Assembly: GCF_018350175.1 (NCBI RefSeq)
Contig: NC_058368.1
Coordinates: forward strand, 2,604,001 to 2,668,000
DNA from: Felis catus
Lineage: Eukaryota
Direction: 5' to 3'
Length of the DNA stretch: 64,000 nt
This document shows, piece after piece, positions 25,203-38,019 of the stretch. Numbering within the stretch: position 1 is the first letter of the stretch; every line of letters begins with the position of its first letter. Under the pieces are notes generated by a model that was given only the letters and a program-made list of their open reading frames with translations, did not search any database and had not been told where the DNA came from. Position numbers and translations under genes: made by a program.

Positions 25203-25378
25203 CAGGACTGTTTTTGTAATTTGTAGGGCCCAGTGGAATATAAAAATGCATGTTCCCTCATTTAAAAACTATCCTGAATATCAAGATGATGATACAGGAT
25301 CATTAAACCCTGCATGGGGCCCTTCTAGGCATGAGCTGTGTGTGACTGCATAGGTTGTACATCCTGAAGCTGCCTCTG
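25203..25378 (-). mobile_element. MER45A-like non-autonomous hAT DNA transposon
   Basis: caggactg...taatttgtagggcccagtg...cattaaacc...ggggcccttcta...gtgtgactgcataggttgtaca...ctg. Length is about 176 bp. Confidence 0.75.
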
Positions 25379-26281
25379 TTTGCACCCCATCTTATTATTC
25401 AGCTCTCTTTCTTCTCTTTTGCTTCTACTGTCATTTCTTCTTACTTTTAAAATATAAAGATTATTAACATTTAAATTTTGTTCTATAACCATAAATATCT
25501 CATTCATTCATTTTCTGGAGGTTAAGTTGAAAATTAGTATATAGTTCATTATTGTGACTATGCAAGTATTATTCATTGCAGAACCAAATAAAGCCCTATA
25601 TTTTCTTTCTTGTTTATCCTTTTGTTTTTCCTGGAGTTTCTAATTGCTTTTACTTTTGACTTTTCCTGTTGTCTTTATCACATTCTCAGTCCAACCTATC
25701 TAATTATCTATTTAATATGATGTTCCCTAGAGGCCTCCCCCATCCCAAATGAAGAGTTCTGCTGTCTTGCCTCCTCCTTTTCCAATTTGGACTTAATTCT
25801 GTCCAGGCCTGCTGCCTGGTTGTGATTTGGGGACTTTTCTTTATTGCTTCTCTAGTTTGGTTTCACTGCTTCCTAGATCCTGAGATTTGATTCATCTTGG
25901 TTTAACCTTTGCATGCTCTAGCACCTCCTCAAATAACTTTTAGATGTAGTGAGTATGGGAATAAATTGCCAAGGCCTTCCATTTCTGAAGATGTTTACAT
26001 TTTATTCTCATTTTTAATTCATAGTTATGAATAGAATTCTAGGTGGAAAGTAATTTTCCCTCAGAGTTTTGAGAATATTGCTCATTGTTGCTGGCATTCA
26101 CTGTTATTGATTAGAAGGCAACTTGATGCCTTTTATTTTCTACTGAGCCCGATTTTTCTCCCTGTTGACAGTTTCCTCTTCATTCGTGGCATTCTGAATT
26201 TCACAATGTTGCACGCAGGTGTGGCACAAGTGTGGATCCTCTCTCTAGGCATGTGGGAACATTTTAAATATGGAGATTGCT

Positions 26282-27308
26282 CCTCATCAAAATAAAAAGC
26301 TTCTGCACAGTGAAGGAAACAATCAGCCAAACTAAAAGGCAGCTGATGGAATGGGAGAAGATATTTGTAAGTGGCATATCAGATAAAGGCTTACTATCCA
26401 AAATCTATAAGGAACTTATCAACCTCAACACCCAAAAAACAAATAATCCAGTGAAGAAATGGGCAAAAGACATGAATAGACACTTCTCTAAAGAAGACAT
26501 TCAAATGGCCAACTGACACATGAAAAAATGCTCAACATCACTCATCATCTGGGAAATACAAATCAAAACTGCAATGAGATATCACCTCAAACCTGTCAGA
26601 ATGGCTAACATTACTCAGGCAACGACAGATGTTGGCGAGGATGTGGAAAGAGAGGATCTCTTTGCATTGTTGGTGGGAATGCAAACTGGTGCAGCCACCC
26701 TGGAAAACAGTATGGAGGTTCCTCAAAAAATTAAAAATAGAACTACCTTACAATCCAGCAATTGCCCTACTAGGTATTTATCCAAGGGATACAGGTGTGC
26801 TGTTTCAAAGGGGTACATGCACCTAATGTTTATAGCAGTGCTATAGACAATAGCCAAAGTATGGAAAAAGCCCAAATGTCCATCGATGGATGAATGGATA
26901 AAGAAGATGTGGTATATATGTACAATGGAGTCTTATTCGGCAATCAAGAAGAACGCAATCTTGCCATTTGCAACTATGTGGATGGAACTAGAGGGTATTA
27001 TGCTAAGTGAAATTAGTCAGTCAGAGAAAGACAAATATCATATGACTTCACTCATATGAGGAATTTTAAGATACAAAACAGATGAACATAAGGGAAGGGA
27101 AGCAAAAATAATATAAACACAAGGAAGGGGACAAAACATAAGAGACTTTTAAATATAGACAACATAGGGTTGCTGGAGGAGTTGTGGGAGGGGGGATGGG
27201 CTAAATGGGTAAGGGGCATTAAGGAATCTACTCCTGAAATCATTGTTGCACTATACGCTAACTTGGATGTAAATTAAAAAAAAACAATACACATTAAAAA
27301 ATAAAATA
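26282..27308 (+). mobile_element. 5'-truncated carnivore LINE-1
   Basis: ORFs 26277-26516 ([10 protein letters not shown]...EWEKIF...[20 protein letters not shown]) and 26629-26826 ([11 protein letters not shown]). TSD aaatatggagattgct (26266-26281) / aaatatggggattgct (27309-27324), preceded by tttt. Same 3' UTR type as 42-902. Confidence 0.95.
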
Positions 27309-27659
27309 AAATATGGGGATTGCTATCCTTCAATCTTTAGAAAATTCTTTTGAATACCTTTTTTGATAATTTTCTCCTCTCTGTTTTTCCTCTTTTTGAA
27401 TGACTCTTAAGTGGATCTTGGACCTTTGGGACTAATTCCATTCACTTATTATCTGTTATCTCAACTTTGTCTCTCTTTTAGTTATTTCTAGGAGGTTTTC
27501 CCAATTTACCTCCCAATATTTCTATTAATTTATTATGGTTTTTAATCTTGAAAAGTTTCATTTTTCTATGATTTTTCTATTTTTGCTTTATGAATACAAA
27601 ACCTCTCTAATGAGTACACAAATGAGAGTGTTCAAATTATTCCCAAATACTTTATTGTA

Positions 27660-27723
27660 TTTTTTAAACATTTATTTATTTCTTTTGGGGGGGATGAGGG
27701 GCAGAGAGAGAGAGAGAGAGAAA

Positions 27724-27779
<56 letters not shown>

Positions 27780-27905
27780 ATCTCAAACAGGCTCCATGTT
27801 GGCAGCGTGGAGCCCAATGCAGAACTTGAACTCACGAACTGTGAGCTCATGACCTGAACTGAACTGACACATCAGATGCTTAACCAACTGAGCAACCCAG
27901 GTACC
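27660..27905 (-). mobile_element. Can-SINE with expanded (GA)n tract at about 27703-27775
   Basis: SINE body ending atgcttaaccaactgagcaacccaggtacc. Confidence 0.9.
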
Positions 27906-28176
27906 GCATGTTTTTTAAAAAAATTTATTTGCTTTGGTCTCCCCTCCACTGCCCCGACCATAATGGAGGCTTATATGTTGGTGATCCTTGGCCAACCTTT
28001 CAATTTTGAGGTGAGGCACTAAAAGCCTGATGCTGATATTCATTATATCTGAATGGGGTTTGTGAATTGGTGGGGCTTGCTTTAGGGTACTTGGTAGTCA
28101 TGGAAGATTTTTACTGGGGGGCTTCTATATACTAGAATCCAAAATTCTTCCTTCTGTAGTAGTCAGATGAAGTTCT

Positions 28177-28210
<34 letters not shown>

Positions 28211-28568
28211 CTGGAGGTATTTTCCTGGTTGAAAATTAAAGGATGTGAAACTGACTCCTTCCTATAATAACTTTCAATTATTTCCTCCCTGGCCTCCCTA
28301 GAGCTTTCTCTTCTCCCTTCTCTGCTTTCCTGGTTTGGTCACACTGTCTCCCCAATGCTGTCCTTCATGGACCTGATATTTCTAGGTCCTGAGCCTCTGG
28401 GGTTCTGTCTGGAAGACTGCTCTCCTGAGCTCGATTGCTTCATATGTTTGCTTTGATTGGTCCCTCCTGTCCTGCTTCAGCACTTCCAGCTCCTCTAGAG
28501 CTTCTCATTCTCATAAATTCCCTGAACTCTCTTCTCTTTTTTCTTCTCTGCATCATTGTTGACTTAGA

Positions 28569-28606
<38 letters not shown>

Positions 28607-29799
28607 CATTTAAGTGAGGTTTTAAAGGAGGGGGATGCCACCTACTATATTTTTGAGGAAATCCTTAATCTTTAAACTGCCCACGACATCTGAATGTGCT
28701 GAAGATGGTCTTATCCAGTACGTACCAACTCCTTTCCTGCAAATACGATTTCATTCTCATCACACCTCTCACTTGGTAGAGCTGGAGAAAAATCAGTGCA
28801 ACTTTATATAGGAAAACCATAGTCTATATAGTATCTAGCTATGTTTCTTTGTATCTGTCTGTCATCATACCCGTAGGAAAACCCATTTCTGCTAGATATG
28901 ACAAAGGAAATGGTTCAAATGGGCAGAGCCTGTTAATAGAGTTTCAGAGAGAAGGTAAATATGGTCACCTTTGGAGTTTTTGTCGTTCTTTTTAATCAAC
29001 AAAGTATTTAAAAAATGTTTAAATTTTAAAGAGGCTTTGGGCTAGTAGGTATTCTCCAAGCCACCAGGCCTCATATCTTTTTCTTATTTGAAAAAATATT
29101 TCTGAGTTAGTTGACGTTTACTTCTATTCCAACGATAGATTGTTTAGTAAAGTACCTCCAGGGTTTGGGGCAAACACTGCAAAAATCATGCATAAAATGA
29201 GGGAATTTGTTAAACTGCCGGCACATGCTCATAGCACCTCTTACTTTATTACACTGGTGATTTACACCCGCTTAACCATAGCTCTTTCTTCTCACGGGAC
29301 AGAGTCTTCCTAAGTGTGAGTTTGGACACTAGCCTAGGAGGCATCTCTAAGCTTTCAGAGACCTTGTTAACACCTCGCATAAATTTCTGTCTGTAGCATT
29401 TCAGGAATTTCCACATACAGAATTTTACTTCCAAGGAAAGCAAAGTGGCTAGCCGCTCTTAAAGACCTCTCTCTCTCTCTCTCTCTCTCGGCTTCTCTTC
29501 CAGTCACCCAGCAGACAGCGGTAATATCCAGCAAGGGTTACTGCACACTGAGGGCATATGCTGGGCCATTACTACTCTAGCCTCACAGCGGAATGATGAG
29601 GGGAATGGCTGTGAAATTTGGAAATGGGTGAACTGTAATAATGCCCATGGGCGCTGGATCTGAATATTGCAGGTAGGGAATGCTCAACGGGAGAAAATGA
29701 CATGAAGTCAGAGGAGTTTCATTTGGCTGCCTCAAAAAAATCTGTTAGGTAGTAGCATGGTTTAGTTATTTATCTTTGTCATTTTTGTAAACAAACATA

Positions 29800-29985
29800 C
29801 AGCACTACCAGGTGTCAGGCGGTATGCAGACATCTCATTGGGTCACTCGTGGGTGACACACCTATTAGCACCTGTAATTTACAAATGAGGAGACCGAGAC
29901 TCAAGGAGGCTGTAAAACGAACATTCCACGCCTCACACGGGGAGAGCTGCCATTTGAGTCTGTTTGGCCTGACAGCCTAGCGCCT
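29800..29985 (-). mobile_element. MIR fragment
   Basis: ctattagcacctgtaatttacaaatgaggagaccgagactcaagga. Confidence 0.55.
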
Positions 29986-30009
29986 TCTCATGGCATCTTG
30001 CCTGCCCCA

Positions 30010-30370
30010 CGTTGTCTCTGTTTGCAACCTGTGTTCTTTTGCCTGGAACACCCTCTTTCACTTTCTGAAATTGGATCCTCTTCTCGGTCCTTGCATAAAT
30101 CCCGGCCGGCATAGTGTCTGCATGGATGGTAGAATCTCAGTCAGTGGTGGTCACCCGCCTTGATTTTCCGTGCGAACTTCCCCGACGGCCGCCTTGCTGT
30201 TCATCTTGCTCTTCAGAGCTCTGCTCTACTTTGCTAACATTTGCACCGTTTATGTGCAGGTCAGTATCCTCCGTCAGAATGCAAGCCGTCTGAGGTCGCC
30301 AGGAGTGCTCCACTCTCTATTTAATCCTCACGGGCTGACATGGTATCTTTCATGGATTTGAACCGAATGG
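30010..30370 (+). mobile_element. L2 3' fragment
   Basis: tgttcttttgcctggaacaccct...cagaatgcaagccgtctgagg...tttgaaccgaatg. Confidence 0.55.
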
Positions 30371-30623
30371 GTTCATGTGAAGGCAGGACCGGATCATCCT
30401 CGGTGTGGGGTTGATCTTTATGATGCCGTCGGATAAGCGGGGGGTCTAGTTGTACAGACAAAATCACTCAGTTTTAAGGAGGAAACAGAAGACTCCATAG
30501 CAGCTGCTCAGAAAAAATCCGTGTTTACTACAGTCTGAGATATTTGAGGGCAGGGACCATTTTATGCTCATCATAATACCCCCCTCGGCACTCCACGCTG
30601 CCTCGCGCCTGCAGTTTGGATTA

Positions 30624-31061
30624 CAGACACCCTTCGTTTCATTGTGCTTTGCAGAGAGCGCTTTTCGTGGCAACCCGGAACCGGGCCAGCCTGGCGGCGC
30701 CATCTTGCCAACGTTCGCTCGCTTTGCGTCTGCGCGTCGCGTGTCGGCAACTCTCGCGATATTTCAGACCTTTTCATTATTATCTCATCTGGGTGCTCTG
30801 TGGTCAGTGATTACAACTTGCCCAGAGCTCAGCCGCTGGTTAGCGTTCTTTTTTTTTAGCAATAAAGTATTTTCCATGAAGGTGTGTATGTTGCTTTCTG
30901 GGGCGTGATGCTGTGGCACACTTAATGGCCTACACCACGGTGTAAACGTAACCTTGCTATTCACTGGCAAACCAAAACATGCATTTGACTGGCTGCATTG
31001 TGATATTTGCTTTATTGCGGTGGCCTGGAACGTGTCCCACAGCATCTCCCAGGTATGCTTC
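30624..31061 (+). mobile_element. Internally deleted Tigger1-derived DNA transposon (Tc1/mariner-pogo)
   Basis: TA followed by a degenerate TIR cagacacccttcg. The 5' part (gtggcaaccc...ggcgccat...ttttcattattat) joins the 3' part (ttttttagcaataaagtatt...tgtaaacgtaacctt...gctttattgcggtggcctggaac...aggtatgc). Confidence 0.85.
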
Positions 31062-31421
31062 CATTTGACAGTGTGTTGACTGGTAAGGCAAAGGCAAAAA
31101 GCTGTACTCCAAAACAAGGCTGAACCATGCGGCATGAAGCATGCCTTGAAATAAATTTCATCCCGCTGACACCACCTCACGCTGACCTCTTGAAAGTCTG
31201 GGAATTCCTAAGAGACTTTAAGTAGTATTCTTTTTTTTTTCTTAAATGTTTGTGTGAATTCTCTTCAGTCTTTTATCCTTGCTTCCTGCAGCAATTTTCA
31301 TTCTTATCCTTTGCTGTAATTGCTGGGTATTAAAAGTCTGTGTGAGTGTGTTATGAAACAAAATTGTATTGTACGAATATTCTTATCCCGGGGTTTTTCT
31401 TTTCTGTGATGCTGTGAGAAA

Positions 31422-31456
<35 letters not shown>

Positions 31457-32142
31457 TTCCTCCTGTCAAGTCTCTGAAGGGATTTTTTGCAGCTAATTTG
31501 GGATAATAGAGGCATTCTTACTGTAATGCAGCTATTCATGTTAATATATATATATTTCAGTAGCTTGTATTTCAACCTGTCTGAACTGAATGAAATTTCC
31601 CACAGAATGTTTTTTAAAGAATGGGTGCATTTCATGCCTCTTGATGGTTCTGCCCACCACATACTCATTCTCTGAATGACCCTACAACTCGGCCTTGACT
31701 TCCTCACACAAAACAGCTCTTCCAGCACTTTCTGGTTTGTTCACTGGGAGAGAATTTACAGAGAGCGAGAAATTAGAGGTCAAAACATTGTCAAGGAAAA
31801 TACAGAATTATTTGGTTTGAGGGTCATCTTCTTTTTGACCAAAAGTGAACAGGCAATGGAAAATGGGAAGTTAATCAGTGTTTTGCGTTGATAATGCTTT
31901 GCTTGGCTGTTTCAAATAAATATCCATTAAGGCATGAAACGTGCCTGTTGACCTCCTAGACCCTAAGAAATCTGTTGACACTTTTGACTTCCTGCTTTGT
32001 TTTCCTTATGAAGGAAGTGTCTCCTCCCTGTCCCTCTTCACCTGCTTTGGCTCCTGTCCCTGTACTCAGGAACACGCCCACTCCTAGGGATCTTCCTACC
32101 TTCTTAGGTCACTTGCCTTTTAAAGAAAACGATTGTGTCCCA

Positions 32143-32550
32143 TGTAACGACTGATTCTGTGTCAACTTGGGTGGACTTTGGTGCCCAGGTGGCTGGTCAA
32201 AAACTAGTCCCTATATCGTCTGAAGGTATTTTGTAGATGTGATTGACATCTACAATTGGGTAACTTTAGTTTAAAGGAGCTTATCTTTGGTAACTTTGGT
32301 GGGCCTCATCCAATCAGTTGAAGGCCTGAAGAAAAGAACTGAGGTTCCCTGGAAGAATGAATGGTGTCTCAAGGCTGGACCATGAATGCTTGCCTAGGTT
32401 TCCAGATGTTGGGCTCCTTCAATTTCAAATTTGCTCCATAATCATGTAATTATATGAGTGAATTCTTTAAACAGAATCTATCCCCTCTGCTCTCTGAATA
32501 TCTCTACATTTCCTATTTGTTCTGTTTCTCTGGAGTACCCTGATATACCA
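32143..32550 (+). mobile_element. Solo ERVL LTR, MLT2-type
   Basis: tgtgtcaacttgg...ggtgcccag...gtgggcctcatccaatcagttgaaggcctgaa...cctatttgttctgtttctctggagtaccctga. Confidence 0.85.
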
Positions 32551-33437
32551 TATTTAAACATCTAAGGTGCAGCCACACTAACTTAGTGTAGCAGGAAAGT
32601 GATCTTCGTCAGTTTTGATTATTCTTCTTGTCGAAGAATAATTTGTAAAAGTCTCAATCACCAGTGTATTCACTGCCCACATTGCTCACATAACTCCTCC
32701 CACTGGTGCTTTCCTGTAAACTTGCCCTGCTCACTTATTCTTTGGTGGTTGTTCTCAATGTCTACCACATGTATACTACTGTCTTGCTCTTTATTGTTGA
32801 CTTTTTCTTGGCTCTGTCATGGAGACCAGAAAATGGATGATCTTACAGTTAGGAGATGAGGAAGGGCAGTTGTGAGAACCATTGCTATTTTCTTGTTGCT
32901 TCTACTTTTTGCCTGAAGGTTGTTTATTGAACTAAATGTTTTTCAAGAGTGGAAGTTTGAAAGACACAAGGACGTGTTCTCCAGGTGTCCTTCCTTTTAA
33001 ATGAGTATGTTTTAATAAAATACGAACCTTGCAGGATTTATCGGGTAGAATATGCAATACAGTTCACCAGATTGGAAGTATGGACTGGAACAGTTCACGA
33101 GAAGTAGCTTTTCCTCCTTATTAAGGCTATGAAGCACTTAACTCAATGAGGGACCTTCTGCACACAGAAAGGACCGGAAGGGAACAGAATGACTGGAACT
33201 GGGAGGTGTGACATTGGTGTTCAGAGGTGATGTAAGAAATGGGCCAAGTGGAGACTCCCAGATAAAAAGGGGAGTCTTCTTCCTGGAAGAAGTCTAGCTC
33301 TTAGGATCTGGCCACTCTCCCATGAACAGGTGAAGGCAGAGCTGAAATATTCTGAGGCTCCCCTCTGGGAACCCTGAGGTTTGTCAGTGTTTCCATTGAA
33401 CATCAAAGGACATTTGGGGTGAAATGGTTGTACTCTT

Positions 33438-33654
33438 ATTTATTTTAAATGTTTATGTATTTTTATTTTTGAGAGAGAGAGAGAGTGAACTTGTGCAAAG
33501 GGGGAGAAGGCAGAGAGGGAGAAAGAGTCACAAGCAGGCTCCATACTGTCAGTGCAGAGCCGGACATGGGGCTCTATCTCTCGAACCATAAGATCATGAC
33601 CTGAGCCAAAATCAAGAGTTGGATGCTTAACCCACTGAGCCACTCTGGTGCCCC
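33438..33654 (-). mobile_element. Can-SINE (older type)
   Basis: Full body. Degenerate TSD aaatggttgtact / aaatagctgtact. Confidence 0.93.
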
Positions 33655-34092
33655 TAAAATAGCTGTACTTTTAAAACGAAGTTAATGAAAAATAGGATTT
33701 TAGTTCAAGAAACTGTCTTTCCAGCTTCTCTGCTCTACACCTAGTCTATAAAGACACAGATACTTTTAGCCCTATCCAAGAATTCTAAGCTTGTACTGTT
33801 TATATTTTACTGTCACGTTACCTTTTAGTTATCTTCTTGGCCTGCTATCCAAACTTCTGAGCTCTAAACTTTCTTCCCCATTTTTTTCCCCCTCTAAACT
33901 TTCTTTCATTTGCTTACATTTCCCTAGCAATTGTGTGACTGACCGAGTCTTCTCAAATTCCTGTCCAGACAAAAGGAGTGAAATTCATGTCTTACTTGAC
34001 TTCTTCCTGAAGCTCGACCAATTTTTATGAAGTTGACTAAGTGTTGACTGTGCTGACACCATTTAATAAATGGAATATCTTCATGGGCCTGG

Positions 34093-34235
34093 TAGGAGTT
34101 TTGGAGTCAGACAGCCTTTTAAATCTCAGCCCCACCCTTTACCAGCTTTGTGACCTTAAGAAAAACCAACGACTCAGCTTCTCAGTTTTCTAATCTGAAA
34201 AAACAGGACAAGTGTCTATCATGAAGATTGAATAG
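34093..34235 (+). mobile_element. MIR fragment
   Basis: ttttggagtcagacag...ttaccagctttgtgaccttaag...ctcagttttctaatctgaaaaa. Confidence 0.7.
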
Positions 34236-34534
34236 GAGAACAGATACAAAAGAGTGGATGTTTAATTATCGGACACTATTATGATTATTTATCAAAGGCC
34301 ATTTGTTTGTTTTCCAGGCAAGAAAAACAAACCCATGTCCTATCTGTTTGAAAGAGTTTTTACCTAGTCCTTTTTTCTTTTTTTTAACTTTTCTTCTCCC
34401 TTTGATTTCCTAAGAATACAAAATGATAGACAACTAAAGTTGTTTTAGTCTTGTTATATTATCTAGTCTGAGGAGAAAAAATCATTTGGAACTTTACATA
34501 AAATTAAAGTTAAAGGTCTTTACCATTTGTGAGT

Positions 34535-34574
34535 GTCACCATGGAGACAAAAAATGTGTGGTCACCATGGCGAC
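34535..34574. promoter_or_regulatory. Tandem RFX X-box-like motifs
   Basis: GTCACCATGGAGAC (34535-34548) and GTCACCATGGCGAC (34561-34574), compared with the RFX consensus GTNRCCATGGYAAC. Confidence 0.4.
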
Positions 34575-36764
34575 CTTTATCAACTCTCCCTATCTGAAAT
34601 TATTACCATATAAAATTAGACATGACTGTTGCTATGAAAAGACACAGTATAAATAAGTTGAACTATCTTGATGACAATGCCTGCTGCATTTGGTATCTTG
34701 GTGTAGTTCTAAAAGTGTTACTAAATCGTAAGTGGACACCCTTACGACTCTCACATGACCAACTTTTGGCTCTGCCCTTTTACATCTGAACTGGTAGAAC
34801 ATTCTTAGATGGGGCTATTCCTTGTTTCCTCTTTCATACCCTGACTCATTCAAGGCAACTTTCCTTTTTTTACTTTACTTTGATTTTTGTGGCTGCCTTT
34901 GCTGCTACCTGTTGCTTCTGTGATGGATACTCTACGAATTCTGATGCTTTAGTGAAAAAAAAAGTCACATGATTTTATAATAGCTCACATATGTAGGTAA
35001 TAAATGTAATAGTACTAATTTTATTTTGAGTAGTAATTTTTGAGTAACAATTTTTTGTGAGAAGAGATGACCATTCTTGTATAACATACTAAGATGCATC
35101 TCATAACTTACCACAAGTTATGTATCTACAATGAATCTATATTTAGAAATAAGTGATTTCTAAATGTGTGGTAGGTCATTAAGTTATCTAAATGGTATAC
35201 ACAATATCCACAACGTGTATATTAAAGTGAAAGCACCCAAGTTCATCAACTATTAGATTCCCTGGTACAGGATGGTCTCATGAAGACGGTGATGCCTTCC
35301 TTTGGACTCTCAGGGAGAGTTAGTTGTGTTGGTGGAAGTGGGCCAGGATGGGAGAATAAGTGACAACCAGAGTTGAAGGAAACAGGGAGGACATGGGGAG
35401 CAAGGGGCATGGAAGGACAGTGAATGCTTTTGGAGAGCTCTGAGGGACATAACTTGTTTCCAGATTTTCCCTGGTTTCAAAATATACCCAAATTTTGAGT
35501 TAGATGGGAGCCTCAGAATGCTCTTAAGTAAAAACATTTTGTAGTTAGGTTTAAAATTTCAAAACAGAATGGGCATCTCTTCAAGTACATCTTTTCATAC
35601 ATTGTCTAGCAATGCTCAAAAGATGTGTTTGAACAGAAAAATAAGCTCTGTATTATTGGTCTTGAGAGTGAAATGACTTTTGTTTCAAACCCAGTATTCC
35701 TCAAAGGAATGAATGTGAACTCTTTGTGGCATACCCCAAAGGTAATGGCAGGCTTCCCCACGTGGTGCATTGATCAGATTTTTGGGATTCTTCTGGTGGA
35801 TGTGACATCTAGTTGGCTGAATTGAATGTCTTCTGCAAATTTAAGGACTTGAAATCTTAAGCCAGACCTGGTCCTTGGGGTCGAGGATTGTTTTTCCTGG
35901 GCAAAATGTTGACCTCTATTTCTAAGGAAAACATCTTTGAAGAACTCTTTGGACATTGAAATAGCTCTACAAAATAACATTTTGGTACTTTAAAGTATAA
36001 ACTAACCAGAAACACATGATTTCAGTTTCCCATAAGTCTCAGAGGGTTTTGCATAAGAGAAAAATGCATGGCGAAACACATCATGGATAAACAGTTTAAG
36101 ACAGTAATCTGGTTGTACAAGGAGGTCAAGGATTGGGGAAGGTGACAGGCCACTTTGCATTCAGGTGCAGCACGTGGGGGCACGTAGGCATCAGCTCACA
36201 GCTGTTGAAGACAGGACACCAGCAATATTGTGTTAAGGTGAGAGTCGCCCTTGGTTTCTTTGTCCTTCAATAGATGCCTGAGCTGTCTAATGTGAACTTT
36301 TATTTGGAATAATTGTAGAGAAATAAGACCAAGTTATTAAAAATTCCAATTTTAGGATTTGTTATGGAAATGAATTTTTAGCGCTCTTCAAATAACCCAT
36401 TGTTCACTCATCACTACCTGCATTAATGGATTGATAAGAGATTTACAATTAGTATATATGAACAGAGCTCCTGAACTGCATAAAGATATTGGAAGAAATT
36501 GCCAGGATTTAAAAATACCCTATATTTGATATTCTTGGTATTGTAGTTGGTATTATTTGTGAAGCAAGTTTTTTTTTTTCCTAAGGAAAGTCCTTGATGA
36601 AATGATCACAGCACGTGAATTCATGGGGTCCAAATGAATTTGGCTCTATTCTATGTATGAAACAGTCACTTGACTTGTATTCAGGTTGTGAAATTTGTTG
36701 AGAATTTCTTGACTCCTAGGTAAAGGCTCTTTTTGAGAATCTGGAGGTAAGGGAATGAAGGGTC

Positions 36765-36920
36765 AAGTACTGAGCGTTTTCTGTGTGTCCTGCATTGTGC
36801 TTTTAAATGTGTCCTCTTTAAAGTACTTGCAGAAGTCTTTTAGGAAAGCTCATTATCTTGCTTTTACAAGTGAGGAAACCAAGGCTGGAGAGAGTAAGGT
36901 CGTTTTAACCAAGATCAACA
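36765..36920 (-). mobile_element. MIR fragment
   Basis: cattatcttgcttttacaagtgaggaaaccaaggctggagagagtaag. Confidence 0.65.
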
Positions 36921-38019
36921 GCGACTATCATTTCCCCGTTAGGAACTGAGCAGTACTGTCCAGCATTGGAAAAAAAAAAAGAAACAAAAAACTTTGGCTG
37001 GATCAATTTACAGTTTATCAGATTTGCAAGATTCTCTTGCTCTCTTCTCCAAGGCTGACAGCTGGGATGGAAACTGAAGATGCATAAATTAAAAGCCCAA
37101 AGGCCAATCTTCTTTTTTAATTTAAAAAAAATTCAGAGAAACCCAGGGACTTAAATTTTTTTTTTCCATCCTGTGAGCCCCAGTGTTGGTACAAAGCATG
37201 AAGGGCCTGAGGAAGGCTGGCTTCTAACCCAACAGGCAAGTAATCAGTTTGCTGGTTCGTGAAAGGAGTCCAAATACGGTCTTGCGGTGACAATAAAATA
37301 AGCAACATCAGAACAAATAATAACCAAATAAGTAGCAGCAAAATAAGTAAAATAAGAAACATAAACAAAAATTCAACCAAGGACAGAACTCTCTGTACAT
37401 TTCGCCACTTAGGGATACGTAGTTCCGAGAATAATCTATTATCATGTAGTCAATTACTGTTAGCGCACAGATGGTATCCTGAGTTCACACAACTTTTTAA
37501 ATGTCCTAACCCTCAGAGGAAGCTGGTCCAGTTGTCCTTCTGGTGCCCGATGGTGAGCCTGGTGAGTGTGTTGCTAGAATCTGGCAGGAAAGATGCTGCA
37601 ATCTGTGCTCAGTGATGGAAATTTCTCCCAAGTGCTCTTCTGAGAGTCACGGTGTATTCATCCATTTGGTCTGTGGTTGTTGGGCAATAAGTGATGTCTT
37701 CCCTTGCATGATGAAAGGTAGAGGATTTGTGTCTCTAACCAGAATGGGATTGGATAGGTGGGGTTTAGAAACTTGTGAAAAGTTTCTAGTCAAAACCGCG
37801 GTGTTCATCCACGTTCACGTGCGCTGAGAACCAGTCCTCTAAAGATCGTGGCAAAAGAGATAAGACAGGATGGAAATCCCGTGGCCCTTGACAGCTGCTC
37901 TGATGCTTTATTATGGTACATGTCGCATCATATGCCAAAAATGATACTCCTGGGTGATCTTTTTTTTTTTTAACATTGAAATATTTGAGTTTTAATATTT
38001 TTTAGATGAATGTTAGGCT

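Larger units (their letters stand above)
24400..28655 (-). mobile_element. Near full-length HAL1 element with five nested insertions
   Basis: 3'-end-like aaagtaatacatacatacaaggttaaaa (about 24421), caggggcaactact...gatgaggatttag (24767-24881), ORF1-like tagaattctaggtggaaagtaattttccctcagagttttgag (about 26032), and 5'-like ctgtcatttaagtgaggtttt (about 28603). Confidence 0.6.

Noticed and set aside
32231..32256. Hairpin ttgtagatgt-gattg-acatctacaa
   Set aside because: It lies within the MLT2-type LTR and appears largely inherited from it. It is too short for a pre-miRNA.
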